Shown here in pieces: positions 13,501 to 24,953 of a DNA stretch of 64,000 nt (positions are counted from its first letter, which is position 1; the number at the start of each line of letters is the position of its first letter). A model generated the notes under the pieces. That model saw only the letters and a list, made by a program, of their open reading frames with translations. It was not told where the DNA came from and did no database searches. This DNA is from Protoeuglena noctilucae (taxonomy: Eukaryota), in the NCBI GenBank assembly GCA_958009085.1, contig OY253671.1, positions 930,001 through 994,000 on the forward strand, read 5' to 3'. Made by a program: the position numbers and the translations under genes.

Positions 13501-16500
13501 CGCGCGCGCAGCCGCAGGGCGACCCTGCAGGCGACGGGCGGTCGCCGCAGCCGCGCACTGCGGACGCGCAACAAGGCGCGGAGCCTGCCAGGGGCCCCGG
13601 AGGCGAGGCTCCCCAGGATCACGTGGCCCGCGCGGGCACTGCGGTGAAGTGGCGGGGCGTGGACGGCGAGGAGGACCGGTCAAGGGAGGTGGCCACGTGG
13701 CTGGTGTACCAGATCGACCCAGCGACGGGGACGGCGACGTTCGTGGCCCCGGCGCCCTCGGCGTCTTCGGAGGACTTTCTGCGGGTGAGGCAGGGGCGGG
13801 GGTAACGAGCATGACTGGGGGGGTACAGATGAGCGAGACGGGAACAGCGGACGCGCACTGGCGCTGGGTAGGCTCTCTGGCTCTCTGGCAGAGCTGAGGT
13901 CTCTTTACACTCCTTGGTGCAACTAATCACAATGCCGTGACATGCCTGGGACTAACTGCACGCAGATGCAAGGCAGGGGAGATGCCGTTTTCCAGGCGCG
14001 GGCGCTGGCGTCCGAGCGGGCACCTCGCCCTCACGTGGAAGTGCCTCCCGTGGGCGTCCAGGCACGTGGGCCACTGTCTTTGCCTCCCCACTGCCTTTGT
14101 CACCTCGCTGCCTGACACCTCGCTGTGCCTGCCACGCAGCACCTTGCGTGCAACAAGCACTCTCTGATCGTCTGCTCCTCATTCCCTGTCACCCGTGTGC
14201 TCGTAGGTGCTGTCTTCCAATTCGGTGGCAGTGTATCGGGTTAAAAGCACCAACTACACCATCCGGCTGGGGGACAACAACCACAACGACCCGGACATAA
14301 GGTGGGCGGCAGCAGCTGCGGCTGCTGTTACACACACGCAGCGAGTCGCCCTGACTTGCACCGGTAGACCTCCGCTCATGGCCTCGCCACGACTGGTCGC
14401 ATAGGTGATTGACCCTGGACCCTCAAAGCCCCCTAGTGTCTCTTTCTCCACAGGGACGTCACGTCTCGCAATTCCTTCGCCATCCTGACCCGGGCCGCGC
14501 CCCAGGACTACTCGGGATGGGACGCGGAGGAGGTCGTGGGCAACATTGAGCTCCCCTTCAACCGCCTTACGTCCCACGCCTTTCCCCCGGTCCTCACCTA
14601 TGACGGCGTGGCGCCCAGCCGCACGACCGTCGACTGGCTCATCCTGCAGGGCGGGTCAGGTGAGTGCAACATGCCAGAGTTAGGGTGCGCTAGTCCCATT
14701 CGCTGCAGCGCTAGCGGAGGAGTGGAATGATGGGTGCAAGTTGCGAGGCGCGTACGTGCTGGTGACGCGTTTTGTCACACCTGGGTCGTCATTCCATCCT
14801 CGCAGGCGCCATTGCCATCTACTCCCATGCCATCGTGCTCGTCAGCGCGGCGTGCGCGGTGGGGCACTTCATGCCGGGCGCGTGGGTGGACGCCACGCAA
14901 TGGATGTACCGCATTTGGGACGATCAGAGGATGAAGCTCACCGCCAGGCTGGGCCGCCAGGTGAGATGCGCTCGTCAAGACCACTACCGTTTGCGCAATG
15001 CGCCCACCTGTCCATAGCAGCAGCCGTGTCCACCGCAACCCCATAGACTGCGACCAGCTCCCACCGTGAGCCCCTCGTGCTTGCTGCAACACCCTCATGA
15101 TACACTGCCCACCATAATTCTCGACCCCTCGCCCCGTCTTGCAGTGGAACAAGCTCTTCCAGCGATCCTTCCTCATTCTGCTGAACCGCACGCGGCGCGC
15201 GGCGCTGCAGGGGCTCTTCTACTACGCCCCGGAGATGCTCCTGGCCCGCAGCACATGCGGGGCACCCTTCGTCTCGCGGGTCATGGAGTACACGAGAGAG
15301 GTGCGAGATTCCTCAACGGCGACGCGGGAATCCTTATCGGTGCAGTCTGCATCGCGCGAGCCGCAGCCGCGCACCTAAGCGGGCATTGGCCCTTCGTCAT
15401 GCACCCGCAGGCGGTGGACGTCTTTGACCCTTACGAGCTCGACCCGAAGCGGCGCTTCCGCGTCGCGCAACCGACGCTCATCCTGCTAAAAGAGATCTTC
15501 GAGGGCCTGCAGCTGTGGAAGAAGTTCATGCACAAGCGCCTCAAGCTCATGCCGGGCGCGGGGTGGAAGGCCCTCGTGGTCGACTCCATGTCGCCCCTGT
15601 GAGTGCGCGCGGTGCCATGGCAACGCTCCGTCGATGCAAGGAACCCATTGCTCTTATCACTCTACCTGCTTCTGTCATTCGTAATCACTCCATCTCTCCA
15701 TCTTTCCATTGTTCCCATCCTTCGTATCGCCCCCACCTCTCCCGATCAATCCATCGCTCTGATCGCTCTCGCCGCTGCTCTCCGCAGGGCTTGCGTCGAC
15801 AACTTGCTGGAGGGCATGGGCGCGGAGAATGCGCTGCAGCTGGCGCAGTGCCTGGTCCGGTGCATGGAGCAGCGCATCCTGGTGGACGACGGCAGCATGC
15901 ACCGCACGCTGCAGCGGGTGATGCACACGCTCCTCCGGGACCCCACCGACACGGTCCTGCGCTACCTGGACATGCTGGTCGTCAAGAGGCCCGAGACGGT
16001 GCCCGCCAGCGCCCTGATGAAGGACCTCAACCTGGCCACGCGCGCCGAACAGAACACCAGGGTCACGCTCGAGAGCTACACGAACGTGATGACGCCCCTG
16101 ACGCAGCCCATGGTCATTCCCGTCCAGGGCAAGACGCCCTCGGACAGGGACCACCGCGTCGGCATCGAGATTCCCCTGCACCGGCGCCTGTGGCTGGCCC
16201 TCAAGCTTATCGCGCCCATCATGGCCTACGACCCTCAGCGGGGAGAGACGCGGCTCCGGAGGGCGCTGTGCTCCAAGTCGAGGGCCCTCCGCATCATCTT
16301 CGACCCCATGGAGTTCCGGAGGCTCCTGGCATCAGGTGAGGGTGACGTGGATGTTGCTGTGACGGTGCGATGATGGTGCTGTGATGGTGGTGCTGGACGG
16401 TGCTGTGATTGTGTGAGGGTGGCGCGGACAGTGCTACGATACGGCACCGCCCCTTGTGAGTGCATGAACCCCCCAGCATTGCCCTTCTCAGTGCGTCGCT

Positions 16501-18590
16501 AACCTAACCCTGCAGGATTACACCTCTGTCCCTTCGATGGCCGCAGAGACGGACTGGTCGATGGATGACCTGATCGTGTTCGAGCAGGCGGCCAAGGGCC
16601 ACGCAGCCCACCGCTCCTCCTGGGGCCGGCAGACGGTCCAGGTCCTGCAGTGCGTCATATCGGACATCGTAGCACCCACCCACGACCACAAGCACCCCTC
16701 CTGGTTCCAGGTGAGCAGGCCAGGTGGCAGAGCAGTAGCAGTATCACAACCACCGCGCAGTCTCTCTGCAGCACTGCGCGTTGCCTGAGCCCTGCCTTGG
16801 ATGCAACACCTCCCCTCTCGCCACGCGCATGACGCCCGCCCATCACGCACCCCCGCTGTCGCTCACAGGAGATCAACCGCTCGGGCACCCACATCGAGGT
16901 CTACGACATGCCCATCGTGCAGTTCCTCATCCAGGCCAAGTGGGAGGCGTACGGAGCGCGCATGGCCTTCTACGAGGGTGCACTGCACATCGTGATGGTG
17001 GCTGCGTACATGACCTACGGCGGCATGCTCCCCACGGCCATCTACGTGCCTGCCCCAGGTGCGCCAGCGCTTCGTGGCGTTTGCGTGCACCTGACACAGC
17101 GCCCGGCCACACCGGCCGCGGCACTGAAGCAGCCCTCATAGCCATGGCGACTGCCTGGGATGCCGTCGGCTCCGTTGTGCCCCAGTGCCCCCGCCGCGAC
17201 CCCACCGCAGCCGCCACTCCGCATAGCGCCTCTACCCTCCTCCCATCACCACCGCATCGCCCTCGCCCGCGCAGGCCAGGCGGAGCCCTCCCTGAGCACC
17301 CGCTCCGGCAAGTCGTCGGCCGCGACGGCCTTCATCGCGTGTGTCCTGCTGATCGGCGGCCGCCTCCTCCGGCGCAAGGTCCGCCAGTTCAAATGGTTCG
17401 GCGCATCGCGACTCATCCGCTCCCGCTGGGACATCAACGACCTCCTCGTCCTCTCCCTCCTCATCGCCACCGTCGTCCTGCACTTCCAGTTCCTCCTCCA
17501 GCCGTCCCTGAAGGCCGCTCGCGGCCTCAGCGCCGTCGTGGCCCTGGAGATCCTCACCCTGTGGTTCGGCCTGCTCCAGTACGGCCTCAGCATGGACCGC
17601 ACCGGGCCCCTCATCCGAATGATCTTCGAGATCACCATCAACACCCGCTTCTTCATCCTCGTCATCGCCGGCATGATCGCCGGGTTCTCATTCGCCTTCT
17701 ACCTCCTCTTCGCCGAGACCGCCGCCCAGTCACCGAGGGGCAGTGACGTCGGGGACAACTTCGCCACCCTGCCCCGCTCCCTGGTCACCGTCGTGTCCAT
17801 GGCCGTGGGCGGCTTCGACCAGCTCATTTTCTGGGAGACGCCCCTTGCGGCCCTTGCTGTCGTCCTCTTCATCGCCTTCATCGCCCTGGTGTTGATCCTC
17901 CTACTCAACCTCCTCATCGCCATCATGTCCGACACCTACGACAAGGTGAAGCAGTCCGAGCGACTCCACCTCCTCCGCGAGCGCGCCATGCTCATCGAAG
18001 AGCTCGAGGCCTCCATGGGCCGCTGCCAGCGCCAGGACCTCGCAAGACGCCTCCCGCCCAACCTGGCGGTGTTCGTGCCATCCACGGGGCCCCAGCGGAA
18101 GCGCGACAACGACGAGAGGCTCGCGGCCATCGAGGAAATGGTGGGCAAGATCTGGCGGCGCCTGCGACGCATCGAGCGGGGCGCGGCGGGGGCGGCGGGC
18201 CACGGGGGTGGCGGCCATGAGGGCGAGGGTGACGGTGAGGGAGAGGGCGAGGAGGACGACGGGGACGAGGAGGGCCAGCCGGGGCGCACGCTGGCGGCGG
18301 AGCTGGACCCGGCGGTGGTCAGCCAGCTGCTGATGCTGTACAACATGGTGCGAGGCGGAGGGGCCAGCGGGGGCGGGGGCGGGGGCGTGGGCCACGCAGC
18401 GGCGGGGATCGCCCACGCGGCCCCTCACCCTCGCCCCGCCAAGTCGACGGTGGAAGGGTCCGGGGGCCACGCTCACGGCCACGGGCATACCGGGTGGGAG
18501 CGCCTGGCCCATGTGCACCACGTCAGCAGCGGCGAGTCCGGCGCGCACGCTGCGCAGGGACCGTCGCATGGGCAGGCACCGCCCTCGTGA
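7556..18590 (+). CDS. Very large TRP-type cation channel with N-terminal WD40-like beta-propeller region (predicted single gene, >20 exons)
   Basis: N-terminal exons have WD-like blades (HSVAWSPVEDRMVV, ICFSPCGRFF, LVTVWDLE, GMSADASMLAI, AAFNVDSTLLVI). Intron 12568-12738 joins in frame to the downstream exons. The C-terminus has PIVQFLIQAKWEAYG (pre-S1), six hydrophobic helices, pore DNFATLPRSLVTV, S6 LLLNLLIAIMSDTYDKV and a TRP-box-like ERAMLIEELE. The channel part is confident; the single-gene join is inferred. Confidence 0.7.
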
Positions 18591-19042
18591 CGGCGCTGTG
18601 ATGAGTTGCGAGGGGAGTGCGAAGCGCGCTGGTCTCTCTTTTCCACCCTCCCTGCATGTGCATGTCGTCACCCAACCCTTGGGACACAGCAACGCGCGCC
18701 CCAGCTGTGCAGCGCGATATCTCTCGTGATTTGTATGCGATTAGACAAACAGCAGGACGTTGTTGGCTGTATGCGGCTCTCTGTGCCAGCCTTGCTCGTG
18801 ACATGACAACGTGATGCAGTGACCTCTTCACCCCTCGTTTACTTGTTCCCATGTTACCGTGAATGAACGTTGCAGCCATGACTGAATGCACGCATGTGCT
18901 CTGCCCTGGCCTGCCCCAGCCCTACCAACGCTTGAACGACACGACCCTTTCAACCACGACGAGCGCGTATGCAGGGCCCAGGCAAGCCACGAACGCGGCC
19001 TGCATCGCCCCATCACTACCGCTGCATCGTCACGACTCCTCG

Positions 19043-21204
19043 TCACTTCTCTCTCCGCTTCTTGTTCTTCTTCCGCCCTTCACCGTCACCGGCACCGCCT
19101 GACCCCTCCTCAGCCTTGGCCTCCTTGCCCCGCTCCCGCTTCCCTCCTTTCGCCCTCTTCTCTTTCTTCTCTTTCTTGTCTTTCCGCTTTGGAGATGACT
19201 CGTCCCCACCCACCGCCCGCTCGCCCTCCACGCCCTCACGCTTGCGGCCACCCGACCCCTTCCCGGCGCCCCTACCGTCCTTCTCCACAACCACGGCCGC
19301 CAGGCTGTCCTGGCTGCCACTGGGTGCCTCGCCAGCCTGCACGGGTACAATGCTTGTGTGCCAATCGCAAAGCCCTATCTGCAGCCCATCGCAGCATCCG
19401 CTACTGCCAGCCTTCTCGCCCATGCACCCCACACCGAATCACATCCCAGCATCCGCACGCCCCAGCACCCGCCCACGCTCACCTCGCCCTCCGCTCCGTC
19501 TTCGTCCCCAAACGTGCGCTTGCTTCCCGCAAAGTCCTTGCCCAGCGTCGTCGGTCGCTCGGCGTGGCTCGCGCCCAGCCCCATCTTTCCCTCCTTCTTC
19601 CCGCGTGCATGGTTGTGCGCAAACATGAAGACCCGCTCTTGGTCGTCCTCCGTGAAGCCCTTCTTCGATTCCTGCGAACAATAATCAGTATCAATACTCA
19701 TACACCTTCCCTTCCTGCGTCGAACATTGCGAAGCTGCACCCTCAACGCCCTCAGCACAAAGCACGTCGCAAAGCCTCGCTGCGGCCGGCTCACCAGGAT
19801 CTCGTCTCGCGCGGAGCCCACGAACCCGACGCTGACGAAGACCTTGCGGCCCCACCACTGCGGGTCAGCCTCGGGCGTCGTGGGCGGCAGGGTGCCCTCG
19901 TACGCGACGCGCTTGACCGTGACCGTCACGCGCTGCCGCCCGCCACCGCCGCCCGCAGCCTCCCCACCGTCACCGCCCTCCGTGCGCCCTGTGAAGGCGC
20001 CCACGATCCCCGCGAACCGCCCCCAGTGCGAGTGAGCGCCCCCGGTCCCCCCGTCCTCTGCGGGTGCGGGTGCCGCGTCCGCATCCACCTCGTCTGCCGC
20101 AGCATCTTTCGCCTTCTTGCTACGCTTCTTGGACTTGCGATCCTTCCGGCTGTCCCCGGCCCCGTCCTCCGCCCCTCCCTCCTCTCGCCCCGGCCGTCCT
20201 TTGGGACCCTCGTCCACCGCTCGCGACTTCGATTCCTTCGACCTCTCCTTTTTCTTCGCCTTCTTCTCCTTCTTGGACTTTGACGTCTCCCCTGACGCGG
20301 CCCCCTGCCCCGCCTGCGTGCAATGTACCACCATGCGGTCCCTCTGCGTCAGTTCGGCCCCGCCCTGCCTTGTACCTCCGCGCTGCCGCGGCCGCGTCAC
20401 TCACCCCGTCCGCTTCCACGGGACTCAGTCCCAGCTTGGCCCTCGCCTCCCGAGCCATCTGCTCCTCTTGCTCCCTGCACGCAAGGCGTGGCCCACACTC
20501 ACATGCCCGTCGCTGACCCCTTTGCGCGGTCCGCGCCCGCAGAAAACGCGCCAGCCAGGTGTCCATCGTCGCCCCGCACCTGATACGGGCCATCTTGCCC
20601 TCCCTGCCGCCCCATCTGCCCCACTTCTCCTGCCCCAGCTCGTTTAGGATGCGCAGCTCCTCCCGCGATGCAGACGCCGCCAGGGTCCCGTCGCGGTGGC
20701 GCGCGGCGCCCGCCGACGGCGCAGAGCTTTCGTCGCTATCCGAGCTCGACGAATCTGCGGGAACAATGTCGCGAAGTGTCACAAATCCAATCGCACGTGC
20801 TGCAAACTCGCCCCGCCGCCGCCGCAACGGCCGCCGTGGCACGCGGGCACCTCCTCCGTCTTCGCGATTATGCACCGCAGATATCTTGGCAGCGATGGAG
20901 TTGAACGCGCCCTCCCACCACTTGGAGTCCCAACGGTACCCCGTGGCGCCGCCAATGCCGAGGTTGTCCTCCTTCTTCTTCACGCGGATGTGCTCCGTCA
21001 TCCCGTCCTCGTTCTTTCCGAGGCCCTTCCCGTCGGACCAGCCCATCTGCGAAACCAAGCGGGTGGGTTCGGCCGCCGGCAGGAAGACGCGTGGGCTGGC
21101 GAGCCAGGCCCGGCGGTCACCTTCTGCATCAGCCGCTTGCCATAGCCACTGTAGTGCTGCCGCACATGGCCGTTGCCCTCCACGAACCCCGGTGGCAGCT
21201 TCAT
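19043..21204 (-). CDS. G-patch domain protein (GPATCH4/PinX1-like, nucleolar, Lys-rich)
   Basis: YGKRLMQK|MGWSDGKGLGKNEDGMTEHIRVKKKEDNLGIG is a G-patch, followed by WDSKWWEGAFN, KKE-rich tracts and a GFTEDDQERVF...KMGLG motif. Confidence 0.88.
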
Positions 21205-22043
21205 GGCGCTCCTGGGCACCCGAGCCCCTCCTCGACGGCTCACGAGCCTGTCACGCCCCTAGCGCGGCGGCTGCAGTGCCCACCGCCCAGCTGAGGACCA
21301 ACGAAGGCAGTCACGCGGCACGGCCCGCAGATTCGGGCTCAGCAGCGGGAGCTCGTGCCTGCCCTAATGTGGGTGCGGCGCAGGCTGTCACCCGAGACGT
21401 TTAGAGCAGGCGCTGTCGTTCCACGATAGATTTGTTGAGCCAAAATATGCTGCCGATGTCGTTAGTTCGGGGGCGCTTGGGGATCGCCAGAAACAGCCGT
21501 GGACGCTGGGGGCCAGAAAAGCTCAAGCCCCAGAGCTTCGTGTCGGCGATGTCGCGTCCGTGGGGCAGGCGTGTGCACCTGGGGGTCAGCGCGATCATCC
21601 AAGCGTGGGGCCAACAGAGCACGCAGGGCGCTCAAGGGGCAGCGGGGCAGCGCAAGCGCTGTGCGGTGAGCAGAGAACAAGAGGCGGTTTGCAACTCCAG
21701 AGTTGCGCCGCTGATGTGCGATTCGCTGCGCGGGGTGTCATGCGACGACATCTCGCCCTCCTTTCGCGCGGTATCCCCCGCATCCCGCCGAGTGATAGAC
21801 CGTCATTGGTCATGCTTTGCAGAAAAAAGGGAGGGGCGGAGCCACTCGTCGCCTGCGGCGTCCTCGTGAGCATGCACGATGCGCGAGGACGGGGAGGCAA
21901 GGCGCCGGGGCTCCCAGCCGCCGAATGAGGGTGACACGGGCTGCTCGCGTGGATAAGACGTTACGCTACTTTCATTGGACGCGCACGCCTCGGCCGTGGC
22001 CAGCGCGGCCCGCTCTTCGTCGCTTGAGCCAGGTTGTCAACCG

Positions 22044-24211
22044 ATGATTGCCGCAGACTGCGGACCCGCAAGCACCTCCGGCGCGGCTCATACCCACGGT
22101 CAGTATATGCCGTTTTTCGTCACTCTCGGGTCCCACGCGTATCTCGTCAAGTCCTCCGTGAGTTCCCTGGACGAGCTCGAGAACTTGTACATCGGCGCGT
22201 TCCACATGGGGAGTTGGCGCCGCTACCTCAAGCGGCGGACCAAGGACGGCTTCCCGATCCGCCCGGCCTTGTTCGCCGTGTTCGTGGACGGCTTGCCGGG
22301 GGTGCCCACGGTGGGGGGACCGCTGGACGAGCCGTGCGGGGAGTGGCGGCAGCTCCAACACATAAGCGAGCTGCACGAGGGGTGCGTGGTGACGCCCATG
22401 CACCTCGCCTGGCGCGCCATCGCGAGGGTCAGGTGTGTGGCCGCGCTCGTGGGCACTCCAGACTGGTGGCACTCAAGACTGGTGGGCGTGCTGGCCATAC
22501 CTTGTCTGGCTCGTGCAGCCCTGCAACCGTGCTGCTGCGCCCCTCTGCAGCATCGAGCGGGGGAAGGACGCCCGGCGGCCGTGTCATCACATCCGCGGCC
22601 CCCAGTCCAGCTTGGAGAGACTGACGCAAAACTTGCGCATCTTCCTCAACGAGCCCAACTCGTCGTTCCTGGCGCGCACGTGGTCCCAGCTGGTGCTGGC
22701 CGCCATCCTCGTCTCGTCCTTCAGCTTCGTCATCAGCACCCTCCCGCAGTATTACTCCGGGTCAGGTGACTACGCTGAGCGGGGCGCATGCATGTCCACA
22801 CTGCGCGATGACGAACACAGCATGCTGAGTCCCAGCGGGCGTCCGTGCGTCTGCAGTGGGTTGCTCCAACTCCGCCTTCTCTTACATCGAAGTCACGTGC
22901 ATCGCCTTCTTCACCCTGGAGTATGCGCTGAGGATCCTGGTGTCCCCCAACCCCGCCATGTTTGTCATACAGCCCATGAACCTGATCGACCTGGCCGCGG
23001 TAAGGCATGGCTCTGGCTCGCTCTGGGCAGCCAGTCTTGCGCCGTGTCGGACAGGGCAGCCACGGAACGCGTCGGCTCCGTCGCCGCCTCAGATCCTGCC
23101 CTTTTACATCACCATCGGCCTGCCCTGCAACTCCGGCGTCCCCGGCCTTCAGTTCCTGCGTATCCTGCGTTTGATGCGCGTCTTCCGCCTCTTCCGCGTC
23201 TCCCGGGGCACCCTGACCATCCTGACCGAGACCATCGTGCAGTCGGCGCACCCCATCTGGATCCTCATATTCATGCTCAGCATGCTCGTGGCCGTCGCGG
23301 GGTCCATCACGTGGTACACGGAGGCCACGGATTTCGACGAGGTCGCCGAGCAGTGGCTGCGGCAGAACGGTGAGCTGCAGTGTTGCAGAAGGGGCCACGC
23401 CACGTGCGCCGCTCCGCCAGCGACGCACGCCCCGCTCGTGCCTGCAGGCTACCGCTGCCCTGCCGAGTGCCCGAGCGACCCGCGGGAGTTCCTGAATGGG
23501 ATGTGGAGCGACTGCACTGCCCCTGGAGACACGGTCACCCTGATCCTCGGCACCAAGGTGTCGAGCAGCTGCGAGACAAACATGGAGCCGTCGCCCTTCA
23601 ACTCCATCCTCCAGTCCCTGGTGAGGCAGTGCGGGCTGATTGCGCTACTCTCGGTCATCTTGGGAAGTCATGCCTGAGATGTGAGCGAGGGGGGAAGCGC
23701 CGCCCTTGCAGTGGTGGGCGCTCGTGACGTGCACGACGGTGGGGTACGGGGACATCGTGCCAGTCACGCCCCTCGGGAAGTTCTTCGGGTCGCTCACGAT
23801 GCTCACGGGCCTCCTGGTCATCTCGCTGCCCGTATCAGGCAAGTCCCGTGGTGCTCCCGCGGCGGAGGCTGTGACACGGCGGTAGTTCTCGCGGCACAAA
23901 GCGACTCCGCTGCCCCTCTGCAGTGGTGGGAACTCGATTCATGGAACTGTACACCAAGCAGGGGGGCCACACCACCAAGGCCCTGCGCAACTTGGAGATG
24001 GAGATGGAGCCGGATGAGCAGTGGCTCCCGCGACGGCCGGGATCCGTCGGGCGGTCCAGGTGAGAGCCAGGTGGTCCGGCGCAGAGGACGTGCCTGGAAG
24101 GAGTGTTCTCGCATCGACGCGGCCCCCTCACGCTCCCTGGGCTGCAGCTGCACGAGCGACAACTTGTCGGTCTGCGAGGAGAGGCTCGCCCGGCGCACCG
24201 CGAAGTACTGA
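22044..24211 (+). CDS. Voltage-gated potassium channel (6TM Kv-like)
   Basis: [12 protein letters not shown] pre-S1, [16 protein letters not shown] (S2), [13 protein letters not shown] (S3), S4 [17 protein letters not shown], pore [18 protein letters not shown]6 ISLPVS. The start and last exon are less certain (alternative stop at 24063). Confidence 0.92.
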
Positions 24212-24953
24212 TGATCAACTGCGCTATCTGGGGTTCGCCGATATGTTTTCTTTGCAGTAGGGATAGAACCTTGACTGGCAAGACTGGGAGGCCTTGACGA
24301 CATGCGCACGATTCGCGCACGACCAGACGCGATTGAAAGACAGCGCGTCGCGGCACCTTCGTCCCCTGGCTGGCCGTCCCTGCGAAGATGTCGCTGCATA
24401 CTTTGGCCGCAGCGCGCCTGGCGCCTGCGATTGCCCAGCGAACAGCGTCATTGCGAGGTTCAGTCCGATTGGCGGCCGCGCGGGATGACGCGCCCGCCCC
24501 CAGGTGATTGGGGCCTAGCCTTCGCTGCCCGGCCAATCGCACGCCCGATTCCCACGTATGGGCCTTCTTGCGAGCTCTTTGCGGTGTCGTTTGCCTGGAT
24601 ATGTTGCCCGGGGGCTTCCCGGGCCGTTGCCTGGCGCTCTGGGGCGGCCCCGGGGCACGGAGACATGAAATCACCTTGCCGGGTCTTTTGTGGTGGGCCG
24701 CACGCCGGACCATGGGTGATCCACGCATCCTTTGATCGCCCAGACGTGGACGCGAGGTCCCATGCGCGCATCGGGAGGATCTGCGGCGCTTCCGCCCCCT
24801 CTCTCTGACCGCTTAGTTTCCGTGGGCCGTCTGGTGCACACCCGGGCTTTCTTGGTCCCAACTTTGTGTCTTGCAAAGTGAAGCAAAGTCCGCGTCTGTC
24901 GGCGGGCCTGTCCTCCGATCGTGCGCCCGGGCGTGAGCGAAATAGCTGCGCAG

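Noticed and set aside
7556..24211. Functional cluster of TRP and Kv channels
   Set aside because: An unrelated G-patch gene separates them, and proximity alone is not evidence of co-function in a eukaryote.
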